Source of the DNA: a virus
Lineage: Duplodnaviria > Caudoviricetes
DNA length: 55,016 nt
Reading direction: 5' to 3' (one strand)
IMG/VR virus record: IMGVR_UViG_3300020202_001036
Coordinates: 1-55,016 of that record
The notes beneath the pieces were generated by a model that saw nothing but the letters and a program-made list of their open reading frames with translations, ran no database searches and was not told where the DNA came from. The translations under genes and the position numbers were made by a program. This document shows, piece after piece, positions 1 to 8,310 of this stretch (position 1 is the first letter of the stretch; each line of letters starts with the position of its first letter).

Positions 1-138
1 GGGGTCATACCCGGCCACCAACCTTGCCTCGACGAGGGCGCTGAGTGCCTTCGCCCTGGTCTTGCTCCCGTAGAGGCGAGCGACCTCTTCGACCATGTCT
101 CCCGGGACCCTGCCGTCGCTGAGTCGACGCGAACTCCA
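1..138. repeat. Terminal direct repeat, copy 1 (circular overlap)
   Basis: 1-138 equals 54879-55016 except position 12 (C here, A at 54890). Confidence 0.95.
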
Positions 139-246
139 GGCAGCAAGTCTCCACCACACGAGGAGGGCGCCATCCCCGCCCTTGCGAATGGCTCGACACC
201 ACTTCTCGTGATCAAGCATGTCGTCGTCAGTCCTAAGCCAAGACAT
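1..246 (-). CDS. Phage replication initiator, 5' part (continues across the circular junction into 54210-54878)
   Basis: ATG at 246 reads MSWLRTDDDMLDHEKWCRAIRKGGDGALLVWWRLAAWSSRRLSDGRVPGDMVEE in frame with ORF 54210..54974. The N-terminus is typical of phage initiators; joined protein is 304 aa. Confidence 0.8.
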   Translation of the reverse strand, partial: MSWLRTDDDMLDHEKWCRAIRKGGDGALLVWWRLAAWSSRRLSDGRVPGDMVEEVARLYGSKTRAKALSALVEARLVAGYDP

Positions 247-264
247 CGAAGCAGTGCCCGCCCG

Positions 265-513
265 TTACTTTCCAGCCGCCTGCTGCTGCGCGTACTTCTC
301 GAGCTTGCGGTAGAGCGTCCTGCGGTCGAGCCCGAGCAGCTCTGCGGCGTGGGTGATGTTGCCGTCGGTCTCGCCGAGCACGCGCTCGATGTGGCCGATC
401 TCGACCTGTTCGAGCGTGGGCATTTCGGCGATCTCGCGTCGCGGCTTGCGCCCGCGCCGCTCGAGCACTCTGCCGAGCACATTTTTGATCACTGATCCTT
501 GTCCTTGTTGCAT
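265..513 (-). CDS. Stand-alone Fis-type helix-turn-helix DNA-binding protein
   Basis: PTLEQVEIGHIERVLGETDGNITHAAELLGLDRRTLYRKLEKY matches the Fis/NtrC C-terminal HTH consensus. Confidence 0.9.
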   Translation of the reverse strand: MQQGQGSVIKNVLGRVLERRGRKPRREIAEMPTLEQVEIGHIERVLGETDGNITHAAELLGLDRRTLYRKLEKYAQQQAAGK

Positions 514-550
514 CGCTCCCTGTCTTTCCGTGCGCCGATGGCGCGGTGAT

Positions 551-751
551 TTACGTGGTGTGCTTCCAATACCGGCGCGTGATGATCGCGTGCACGGTGG
601 CCTTGCTCAGCCCGAAGTCACGCGCGAGCGTGGCCATGGACGGGCGCGGTGTTTCGCTCGCGTAGCGGGCACGCAGCCCGAGCACGCGGAGCACGGTCAT
701 CTTCGCAGCAGGGCGCGCCTCGCCGCGGCGGGTGGCGTAGTGGTCAGTCAT
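551..751 (-). CDS. Small HTH protein resembling the C-terminal DNA-binding tail of HNH homing endonucleases
   Basis: RGEARPAAKMT...SMATLARDFGLSKATVHAIITRRYWKH; ATG overlaps the upstream stop. Confidence 0.6.
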   Translation of the reverse strand: MTDHYATRRGEARPAAKMTVLRVLGLRARYASETPRPSMATLARDFGLSKATVHAIITRRYWKHTT

Positions 752-1191
752 GTCGTGACCTCCCACCGGATCTTCTCCTGTTCTGGCTGCAGATCGACGC
801 GCGGCCGCGAAGGGCGGGACCAACTCTCAGCCTTGACCCGGGCGACGTCGCGCCAACCCGCGGCGCGCAAGCTCGTGCCAGGCTCCGTCGCCAGCGTGTA
901 TGTGACCAATCGACGGTACCCCATGGCACGCGCGGCGCGCCACGCGGCGCCGTACAGGATTGAACACGCGTTAAACGACCCGTCGGTGCATAGTCGCGTG
1001 ACTTCGGCGGTGTAGTCGTTCGCCAGCTGCCGAGCGACGGGGCGACCAACGATCGCCACCCCAACGACCGCGCCATCGTGAGCGCAGCCGATGGCGAACA
1101 GGCCGCCCTGTGGCGCCGGGTGATGGCGATGCAATCGGTCGACGTACGCCCGAGCCTCTTTCAGCGTCATGGGGCAGAGTTCGAGCGTCAC
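748..1191 (-). CDS. XF1762-family GNAT-fold protein (Mom-like, possible DNA modification)
   Basis: HRHHPAPQGGLFAIG, GVAIVGRPVAR, EVTRLCTDG, NACSILYGAAWRAARAMGY, TYTL..EPGTSLRAAGW; GTGA coupling at 1188-1191. Confidence 0.75.
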   Translation of the reverse strand: MTLELCPMTLKEARAYVDRLHRHHPAPQGGLFAIGCAHDGAVVGVAIVGRPVARQLANDYTAEVTRLCTDGSFNACSILYGAAWRAARAMGYRRLVTYTLATEPGTSLRAAGWRDVARVKAESWSRPSRPRVDLQPEQEKIRWEVTT

Positions 1192-1661
1192 AGTCCACAC
1201 CCCTCCCGCCACGCGCGGACCGCTTCGTCGTCGATCTCGAGCGCGTCCGCCGGCGTGTGCACCGCCGCCATCAGCCCAGTCTTGGTGTGCCCGTCCTTGC
1301 AGTAGTGGCCCGCCTCATGCGCTGCGATGAGCCAGAGCGCGTCGAGGTTGTCGGCCTCGTGCCGGTTGCGCGCGATGAGCACGCGCCCGTCGCCCGTGTT
1401 GCGCCCGCCCGTGACGCAGCCATCGAGGCTGGCGCAGACGCTGCGCTCCTCGAGATCGCCGACGAGCACGAACGCGCCGTGCTCAGCCCAGCCGATCTCC
1501 TCGGGGCACCAGCGAGCGTCGGACTCGCACCAGGCGTCGACCGTGCTGCGGATGGTCTCGCGTTCGGGTCCGCTGAACTCCGAGTCGATGCTGTAGAAGG
1601 CCGGAGGGGATGGTGGCCCGCAGGCGGCCAGCGCGAGCGCAGCGCAGAGTAGGCGGGTCAT
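1188..1661 (-). CDS. Lipoprotein with metzincin-like zinc metalloprotease motif
   Basis: Signal and lipobox MTRLLCAALALAAC; HEAGHYCKDGH followed by a GLM Met-turn. Confidence 0.7.
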   Translation of the reverse strand: MTRLLCAALALAACGPPSPPAFYSIDSEFSGPERETIRSTVDAWCESDARWCPEEIGWAEHGAFVLVGDLEERSVCASLDGCVTGGRNTGDGRVLIARNRHEADNLDALWLIAAHEAGHYCKDGHTKTGLMAAVHTPADALEIDDEAVRAWREGCGL

Positions 1662-2302
1662 TCCGCGGCCTCCGGGTAGCGCTTCGAGTAGAGCTTGCTC
1701 GCGTCGGTGAACGTCGCTTCGGCTTGCTTCGCGCGCTCACGCTCGTATTCGTCGAGCGCTGCGCCGCCGCCGGCTTTGCGGATCTTGTCGCAGAGCATTT
1801 TTCTAAAGAGCTGCGGCCCAAGCGTGTCCAGGTGGCGTACCAGGCACGATGTTACCCACGAAGACTCGGAGCCCCACTTGGCCCGAAGCGAATCCTTGTG
1901 CCGATTGTTCGAGGCGCGGACATTCTCTCGCAACTGGATCGGGTCCAGGTTCTTTCGTGGAGCCGAGTCTCCGTTACGGCGATCTCTTCGGCGCTGATTG
2001 TTGAGCTTGTTGACTCTGACTCTACATTCTTCGCAGTGGTCAGCGTTGACTCTCGGGTTTTTCCCGCACCATTTGCACAGTCCAGCTGCCAACAAGCGAT
2101 CCCTTCGCCTAACGTTGGACGCTCTCAGATTCGAGCGAAACCTTTCAGCCCACTCCTTGGCCTGTCTGCACGCATCGGCTTTAGTGAGCGCCTCGTAGTA
2201 GCGAACGACAGCGCCCTGCCTGCCCTTTGAGTCAACCTCGGTGCACGAGAGGATCGCGCCGCTCGCATCGGTCTCGATGCGAAACCACTTTTTTTGGATC
2301 AC
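1658..2302 (-). CDS. Hypothetical protein with CxxC-CxxC zinc ribbon
   Basis: GLCKWCGK...HCEECR; coupled to both neighbours. Confidence 0.65.
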   Translation of the reverse strand: MIQKKWFRIETDASGAILSCTEVDSKGRQGAVVRYYEALTKADACRQAKEWAERFRSNLRASNVRRRDRLLAAGLCKWCGKNPRVNADHCEECRVRVNKLNNQRRRDRRNGDSAPRKNLDPIQLRENVRASNNRHKDSLRAKWGSESSWVTSCLVRHLDTLGPQLFRKMLCDKIRKAGGGAALDEYERERAKQAEATFTDASKLYSKRYPEAAE

Positions 2303-3951
2303 TGCTTGTCTCCGTTCCGCTTGGCGCGCGCGTCGGAGAGACTCGGGACGCTCGGTGCGGTGCGTTCACGCCGGCGCTCACCGAGTTCCTGAACGATGCT
2401 CTGAGCGAGCTGCCACTGCTGGCCGGCGATGGCCTGCGTCAGCGCCGCGGCGAGGGCGCGCTCGACCGGGCTCTCTTGGCCCACCCCCCCGATCCCGGCT
2501 GGGCCAACGCTCTGTCCCGTGGTAGTTGACACGGGCGCCGTGGCCCGTTTTGGCTCGGCTGGAGGAACCAGTGCTTCGAGCCGATTATCCGTATTAGGTG
2601 TCCCCGACATCGCTAACGACTTGCTTTCGTTGGCAAACGCTAAAAGTTTGGCCACCTGCTGGCCCAGGTCGGCGAGGAGCGTGGGCCCGCCCATCTCTGG
2701 TCCCTGCAGTCCCTGCATCCACGGCACGACGTAGCGATCGGATAAGGGCTCGAGACCGAGTTCGGTGACGAATGCCTCGTCGAGGGGGCGCAGCCAGACG
2801 CGGACGGTATCGCGCGACTCGCGCGCCATGCGGTTGTAGCGACTCACCATCTCGTCGCTCATGTGCCCCGTGCGATCGGTGACCCAATGCATTGGTGCGC
2901 CAGCGCGCAGCGCGAGCGTCACGAACGTGGCTCGACCGGCATCCTTGGCCGCGATCTGCCGCTCGGTGGCCGTGTTCCGGTGCAGCGCCGCGCGGTCAAC
3001 GCCGGCGGCGAGCAGGTCGGCGCGGAGCGTGCGCGCGATCTTTTTGTGAGTCCACTCGGGCAGCACGCGGTCGCTTGCGGGGACACGCTTGCGCCACGCG
3101 CTGAGCACGCGGAGCACGCGCTCGCAGACGGGCCAGCGCCGGACCCGCTTCTGCTTGTGACGGTGCGTCAGCAGTCCGCTCTCGAGGTCAATGGTGCTGA
3201 CGATCGAGTCCGCCGGCGCGCGGTCGGCCCAGTAGAAGAGCGTGAGGAACTCGGGGCGCACGGCCTCGCGGGCCATCAGCCCGTAGCCGATGCGGCGCCA
3301 CGTCGGCGCGGGCCCAGTGACGAGCCGCCACTCTTCGTCGGCCGTGAGGTATTGGAACAGGCGCTCCGGAGCCGACTGCTTGGAGACGAAGTCAGGGCGC
3401 AGCGGAATGTGGTCGATGAGCTCGAGCTTGCGCGCGTGCTGGAGCACCCGGAAGATGAGCCCCTCGAAGAGATGGCGACCAGCCCTTACGGTCTCCGGCA
3501 CGAGAGCCATGGCCTCATCGGCGGCTAAGCTGGTGACTTGGGCCACCGGGACCCGGCCAAGTCGGGGAGCTATCACGCGGAGCCGCTGGCGGTCCTTCTC
3601 GATGGTGTGCTCCGAGTTGCCGCGCCGGCGCTGGTCGGCGAAGAGCAGTTCGGCGACCTCGCCGAAGGTCTTGGCCGAACGTGAACTGGCGCGCGCAACG
3701 GTCGAGGCTGCGAGTTGCCGCACCTCTGCCTCCAACTCCGCAAGAGCAGACTCTGTAGCCGCCGCAGCTGTCTCCAGGATGCCGCGCGCATCGTCCGCGC
3801 CGGAGACTAGTCTGGCGAGCTGAACGAGCCGTGCCTCGCGCGCCTCGGCCGCCGACTGAGTCGGCGCGCTGAACGTGAACCTGTCGCGCTGACCCGCGCC
3901 GTAGCGCAGGCGAGTCTCCCAACGGGCCGGGCCTATGCGTCGAACAGTCAC
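2299..3951 (-). CDS. int: Tyrosine recombinase / phage integrase with long C-terminal extension
   Basis: REAVRPE (R), HKQK (K), KDAGRATFVTLAL (degenerate HxxR), TGH and VSRY (Tyr codon 2836-2838); GTG start coupled to the upstream stop. Confidence 0.85.
   Translation of the reverse strand: MTVRRIGPARWETRLRYGAGQRDRFTFSAPTQSAAEAREARLVQLARLVSGADDARGILETAAAATESALAELEAEVRQLAASTVARASSRSAKTFGEVAELLFADQRRRGNSEHTIEKDRQRLRVIAPRLGRVPVAQVTSLAADEAMALVPETVRAGRHLFEGLIFRVLQHARKLELIDHIPLRPDFVSKQSAPERLFQYLTADEEWRLVTGPAPTWRRIGYGLMAREAVRPEFLTLFYWADRAPADSIVSTIDLESGLLTHRHKQKRVRRWPVCERVLRVLSAWRKRVPASDRVLPEWTHKKIARTLRADLLAAGVDRAALHRNTATERQIAAKDAGRATFVTLALRAGAPMHWVTDRTGHMSDEMVSRYNRMARESRDTVRVWLRPLDEAFVTELGLEPLSDRYVVPWMQGLQGPEMGGPTLLADLGQQVAKLLAFANESKSLAMSGTPNTDNRLEALVPPAEPKRATAPVSTTTGQSVGPAGIGGVGQESPVERALAAALTQAIAGQQWQLAQSIVQELGERRRERTAPSVPSLSDARAKRNGDKQ
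2470..2700. other. Candidate attP inside the integrase 3' end
   Basis: AT-richer patch 2580-2650; minus-strand GTCGGGGACACC (2597-2608) resembles a tRNA 3' acceptor end; flanked by TGGCCCA/TGGGCCA-like repeats. Confidence 0.4.
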
Positions 3952-4286
3952 CGCCCGACCCCCCACATCTTGCGCACGCGGTCTCGAACCGATACGACGT
4001 TTTCAGCGACTGGTATGGCCTTGACGGTGGGTTCGCAGTGACCCAGTCTCCGCATCTCCTCTTGCAACGCATCCCGTGTCATCAGATACAGCTTCCCGTC
4101 TCGTGTGCAGTCGATGCGCCCCTCCCCCATGCGCCTCCTGACCGCTCTGCAGTGTCGCCGGGGCCCGAGCGGGGAATTTGCTTGGGAAACCCAGCTATCT
4201 CCATCCGCGGCGCGGAGCTCTCTGGCGAGCTCCCTCGCGATCTCGGCGGCAAGCGCCTTGCCGAGCGTCCCCAGGATTGAGTCCAA
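3948..4286 (-). CDS. Excisionase-like small DNA-binding protein
   Basis: GGAGG then TTG start at 4286; basic protein (RHCRAVRRRMGEGRIDCTRDGKLYLMTRDAL) directly upstream of int. Confidence 0.55.
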   Translation of the reverse strand: MDSILGTLGKALAAEIARELARELRAADGDSWVSQANSPLGPRRHCRAVRRRMGEGRIDCTRDGKLYLMTRDALQEEMRRLGHCEPTVKAIPVAENVVSVRDRVRKMWGVGR

Positions 4287-4415
4287 CGATCTGACCTCCC
4301 CGGTAGATTCAATATGTATCCGCGCGTGGCGAGATGCGCCAATGCATTTTGACTCGCGCGTGTCGAATTTGTGTTCGCGTGTAGTCATGACGCTATGCGC
4401 TGAATAGACGGGCAC
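4287..4415. promoter_or_regulatory. Divergent control region with candidate operator CTATGCGCTGAATAG (4393-4407)
   Basis: Main divergence point of the two arms; AT-richer; the operator matches palindrome 50090-50104 at 13/15. Confidence 0.6.
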
Positions 4416-4694
4416 ATGCCAAAGACAAAACAAATTCCAGAGTTGTCGGAGGAGAGGCTGCAATTCTTGCGCATGTACCGTCGCCTCGAGCGGGAGCTCG
4501 GGGGCGCGCCAACCCAGAGCGAACTCGCCGCCGAGCACGGGGGCTACGCCGAGGGTTCGGAGCGCGCCGCGGTGCAGTACATGCTCCGCGCCCTGGAGGA
4601 GATGGGGCTAATAGGGCCATTGGTGAAGCGGCCGCCGCCACGGATCACCGCCCTCGGCCTGAAGGTCCTGCGCAAGAACCGCAAGCGCGAATGA
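4416..4694 (+). CDS. LexA-type winged-helix repressor (DNA-binding domain only)
   Basis: LSEERLQFLRMY...GGAPTQSELA...AAVQYMLRALEEMGLI resembles the LexA N-domain; no peptidase domain. Confidence 0.7.
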   Translation: MPKTKQIPELSEERLQFLRMYRRLERELGGAPTQSELAAEHGGYAEGSERAAVQYMLRALEEMGLIGPLVKRPPPRITALGLKVLRKNRKRE

Positions 4695-4713
4695 TGCGTG
4701 CTACCATTTCACG

Positions 4714-5112
4714 GTGATTACCGCAGCCGCGACAGGGCTCTTCCAGCGCGTCTCGGCGCTGACGCTGCGGGAGTGTTTCATCGCTTTGGGCGTCGCAGCC
4801 CTTATCGGCGCCATCGCATGGATCGGTAGGAACGTGAGCAGGCTCATCGCTGCCCACGAGGCCCTCGCGGCGCGCCTGCAGGTCGCAGAGGGCAACCTGA
4901 CCAACGCCCAGGACGCTGTCGTGCAGCTCGATGAGCGGGTCACGCGGGTCGACGAGGCCGTGGCAAAGCGCGTGCGGAACGTTGAAGTGCGCCAGGATCG
5001 CCTGCAGAGCAAGGTCGACAACTGGGGCAAGGACTGGCGCGATAGCGGGCAGGCCACGAAGAACCTCGACCACACGGGGCCGATGACGGTGGTCGATCTG
5101 CGCAAGCCGTGA
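4714..5112 (+). CDS. Membrane-anchored coiled-coil protein
   Basis: Hydrophobic FIALGVAALIGAIAWIG followed by heptads; TGcTACCAT lies 6 nt before the GTG. Confidence 0.6.
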   Translation: MITAAATGLFQRVSALTLRECFIALGVAALIGAIAWIGRNVSRLIAAHEALAARLQVAEGNLTNAQDAVVQLDERVTRVDEAVAKRVRNVEVRQDRLQSKVDNWGKDWRDSGQATKNLDHTGPMTVVDLRKP

Positions 5113-5133
5113 GCAGGTCTAGCAAAGGACACG

Positions 5134-5358
5134 ATGGCTGAATTGACGGACCAGCAGAAGGTTGAGCGCGGCATCGCGCGGCTCGACGCGCTAGCACCGG
5201 AAGACCGAGCGGTGATGTACGAGGAGCTGGAGATCGGCGTTGCCAGACTAGGCAAGCATCCGAATCCACGGGTCGTGTGTCACGTGGCGGGCAACGTCAC
5301 CGATGAGGAGTGGGCTGCAGCGCTCTCCAGAATCCCAGCCTGGAAGTCCAGGCCCTAA
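5134..5358 (+). CDS. Hypothetical protein
   Basis: AAGGA SD before ATG. Confidence 0.55.
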   Translation: MAELTDQQKVERGIARLDALAPEDRAVMYEELEIGVARLGKHPNPRVVCHVAGNVTDEEWAAALSRIPAWKSRP

Positions 5359-5751
5359 CGGCGTCACCTAGACTTTGCTGCGGTGGGAGAGCAGCACCAC
5401 CGCAGCGTTCCCGCTGCCCCGGGTTGGCCAAGCTCTAGGAGCGTTTACAGGCCTTGAAGTCCCTTGGTCGCGGAACGAACTCTGGCAAGCAGAGGAAGGA
5501 TGCGCACACCTCGGTGTCAATACCCATCCAGCCCTTCGGGTGCCTCGGTCAACAGGAATCGTCTTTGGGCCAGCTTAGCAAGACGGCTTTGTATCACTCG
5601 CCCGCATGCTGAGAGCTTCTCGATATAGCAACCTGACCCGTGCGAGGCGCATTCGAATCACCGATGCAACTACGCGCTGACGAGGCGTAACGCCGCGCAC
5701 TGACCAAAGCGTCCAATTGCGCGGTGCTGAGCGCTCGGTCAGCATCGGCGG

Positions 5752-5970
5752 GTGAGCGAGAGCCGGCGCGCGCGCGCGTTCGAGGTAGTCGTCTACGCAA
5801 GCCCCTTGCCGGCGTTGTCGCTGATGCTTGGGCAGTCGCCGGCTGAGGCGGACTTTCTCGACCTGCAGAGGAACCCGCAGCGACGGCAGGAGTGGCGCGA
5901 GCACTGCGCTGGCGCGCTGAAGGCCTGGCACGAGCGGACTGGCGTGCCGGTGCGGAGTGCGGAGCGGTGA
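5752..5970 (+). CDS. Hypothetical protein
   Basis: Coupled to the next gene (TGATG). Confidence 0.45.
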   Translation: MSESRRARAFEVVVYASPLPALSLMLGQSPAEADFLDLQRNPQRRQEWREHCAGALKAWHERTGVPVRSAER

Positions 5971-6263
5971 TGTTTGAGCGAAACGTGATCGTCTCGATGT
6001 CCGCGCGCGACCTGTCTCCGGGCGTTGAACTCGACGATTTCGGCTGGTGGCGCAAGGTGGTGCGGGTCTACCGGCGAGAGCGCAGCGACGGCACCCTCAT
6101 GGTCGAGGCCTCGTTCGGAAGCATCTGCCGCGCGCTGACGGGCGAGCAGACCATCCGGGTCCGCATGGCCCCCAACGTGTTCCGGTGCTGGGAGATGCAG
6201 AGCGAGGCCGACGCCTGGTACGCGCGCGAAGTCGAGCGGATGCGGGAGCGCGCGCCAGCGTGA
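5970..6263 (+). CDS. Hypothetical protein
   Basis: GGAG SD; coupled on both sides. Confidence 0.55.
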   Translation: MFERNVIVSMSARDLSPGVELDDFGWWRKVVRVYRRERSDGTLMVEASFGSICRALTGEQTIRVRMAPNVFRCWEMQSEADAWYAREVERMRERAPA

Positions 6264-6862
6264 CGCCCTACTACGACCACGGCGGCATCACCATCTATCA
6301 CGGTGACGCGCGGGAGCTGCTACCGAACCTCGGCGCCGACCTGCTCGTTACCGACCCCCCGTATGGGATCAATTTCGCAGCCCAGCCGACGAAATGGCAA
6401 CGGCGCGCCGGCAAAGCCCCAGAGCACTGGGATTCAGCCGCGGCGAACTGGCTTGTCGAGTATGTCGGGCGCTTCGCAGCCGCGTGCATATGGGGGGGGA
6501 ACTATCTTCCGCTGCCCCCAAGCCGAGGGTGGCTGATCTGGCTGAAACCGGACGCCCCGCCCTCGATGGCCGGCGCTGAACTGGCCTGGACAACCAACGA
6601 CGCCAATGTCCGCGTGCTCTCGCAGAGCATCAGCGCCACGAATCACGAGCGCGTTGGGCACCCCACGCAAAAGCCATTGCGCGTGATGGCCTGGACACTC
6701 GAAAGTATGCCCGCGGGAAGCGTTGTCGATCCGTTCATGGGTAGCGGGACGACCCTGCGGGCGGCAAAGAATGCTGGCCGACGCGCCATCGGCATCGAAC
6801 TCGAAGAGCGCTACTGCGAGATAGCCGCCAAGCGCCTCGCGCAGGAGGTGCTGTTAGCATGA
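6260..6862 (+). CDS. N4/N6 DNA methyltransferase (beta class)
   Basis: TDPPYG precedes HPTQKP and VDPFMGSGTT; GIELEERYCE; GTG start coupled to the upstream stop. Confidence 0.9.
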   Translation: MTPYYDHGGITIYHGDARELLPNLGADLLVTDPPYGINFAAQPTKWQRRAGKAPEHWDSAAANWLVEYVGRFAAACIWGGNYLPLPPSRGWLIWLKPDAPPSMAGAELAWTTNDANVRVLSQSISATNHERVGHPTQKPLRVMAWTLESMPAGSVVDPFMGSGTTLRAAKNAGRRAIGIELEERYCEIAAKRLAQEVLLA

Positions 6863-7239
6863 CCGACGCCCGCTGCACGGCCCAAAGCCAGCGCACCGGC
6901 GCCCGCTGCGTGCGCAAGGTCGCGATCGGCGACCGCTGCTGGGGCCACGGCGCCAACGTGCCCGGTCCCTGCGCGCTGACGCTCGACGGCGGCAAGCCCG
7001 TGATCTGGTTCTGCGACGAGCGCGGGGGCTTTAGGCGAAACCCGCGCGCCGCGACGAAGTGGGCGGCGGTGCAGCTCGTGCTGCGCGGCGTGATTCAGCA
7101 CGGGTGGTTTCTCCGGCACAAGCCGCAGCGGTTCCTGCGCCGGCTCGAGCGCGCTGGCGTGACCGTGGTGCCCGCGGGTGTCGGGTTCGGGCGCGTGTTT
7201 CGGTATCGGTTCGAGGCTGCGAAAAGCCAGGCCGCTTGA
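6859..7239 (+). CDS. Hypothetical protein with N-terminal HGGxSTG-like Cys motif
   Basis: RCTAQSQRTGARC...RCWGHG; ATGA coupling. Confidence 0.55.
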   Translation: MTDARCTAQSQRTGARCVRKVAIGDRCWGHGANVPGPCALTLDGGKPVIWFCDERGGFRRNPRAATKWAAVQLVLRGVIQHGWFLRHKPQRFLRRLERAGVTVVPAGVGFGRVFRYRFEAAKSQAA

Positions 7240-7255
7240 GAGGAAAGCCAAGACG

Positions 7256-7975
7256 ATGAGTGACGAGAAGCACGCAGAGGCCCAGGCCGCGGTGATTGCG
7301 CGGGTGCAGAGCGTCATTGACGACCCAGACATCGAGGATGTGTGCCTGCGCAAGGAGCTCCGCAGGGCCCTCGCCGCCGCGCCCGAGCACACGGGGCCGG
7401 TCAACATCTACGCGCCAGATGCCGAGACGGTCGCCGACCCGTTCAAGGTTCTGACGGAGCCGGATATTGCAGAGAGGAACGCCCCGAAGTTGCGAACGCA
7501 ACTCGCCGCAGCCAACGCCCGGGTGGCGGAGTTGGAGAGTCGTCACGGCTGGGTGATGGTCGTGCGCGAGCGTGACGCCGCCAACGCCCGCGCCGATGCG
7601 GCGGAGGGGAAGCTGCACATGATGCTTACACGAGCAGAGGCGGTGGACGCCGCTCGTGCCCGCGCCGAATCCGAGCTCGCCGAGTTGAAGGTCAAGTATG
7701 AGGCGGCGGAGCGGAGAGCGCTCGATGAGCACAAGGCCGGGTGCGACGGAATCGACAACGTGTGCGATGTGCTGTCTCGCGCCGAATCCGAAGCCGCGGT
7801 CCTGCGCGCGGAGGTTGAGCGGTTGCGGAGCATGGTTCCGCATCCAGGCGACGGCACGTGCGAGCGCTGCGGAACAGCCCCGGCTGTGAAGGTGGCTCTG
7901 TGCCACGAGCATCGCATCTTCCTCGCCACCGCCCCAGCCCCGACCGAGCGCGAGAAAGCGGAGCGTCAACCGTGA
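7256..7975 (+). CDS. Mosaic coiled-coil protein with C-terminal Zn finger
   Basis: Shares DNA blocks with 42744-44823; CERC..CHEH; GAGG SD. Confidence 0.65.
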   Translation: MSDEKHAEAQAAVIARVQSVIDDPDIEDVCLRKELRRALAAAPEHTGPVNIYAPDAETVADPFKVLTEPDIAERNAPKLRTQLAAANARVAELESRHGWVMVVRERDAANARADAAEGKLHMMLTRAEAVDAARARAESELAELKVKYEAAERRALDEHKAGCDGIDNVCDVLSRAESEAAVLRAEVERLRSMVPHPGDGTCERCGTAPAVKVALCHEHRIFLATAPAPTEREKAERQP

Positions 7976-8307
7976 CGCACGCACAGTTCTGCGCGCTGAT
8001 GATTGCCCGCCGAGCCATGGGCGACCTCGGGCAGGAGGTGTTGCTCGACGACGAGCAGTTTGACGAGCTTGTTGAAACCTCCCGGGGCCAGGCCACGCCG
8101 TTCAACCCGTTTTCGGCGAGGTCGCGCGGCGAATTTTTGCTCAACAGCTGCAACGGGCCTACGAAGGTCCGCGCGTTGCCAAGCATTGGAAGCATTCGAG
8201 CGGTCCGTGACGAGAAAACCGGGCGTGTCTTCACGGTCCGCGTCGGCAGAGTGTGCGACTCGGGTTTCACGGGGACCGTATTAGACGAAAAAGGCATCGG
8301 CGGCTGA
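7972..8307 (+). CDS. Hypothetical protein
   Basis: GTGA coupling. Confidence 0.5.
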   Translation: MTHAQFCALMIARRAMGDLGQEVLLDDEQFDELVETSRGQATPFNPFSARSRGEFLLNSCNGPTKVRALPSIGSIRAVRDEKTGRVFTVRVGRVCDSGFTGTVLDEKGIGG

Positions 8308-8310
8308 CCC

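Noticed and set aside
1-138. Physical terminal repeat of the virion DNA
   Set aside because: It falls in the middle of the initiator gene and has the size of an assembler overlap. It shows circularity only, and the single mismatch near the contig edge may be an error.
987-999. TGCATAGTCGCGT, identical to 50098-50110
   Set aside because: Only a half-site, inside a coding region; may be chance.
2597-2608. tRNA gene
   Set aside because: Only an acceptor-end-like 12-mer; no cloverleaf was recognised here or elsewhere.
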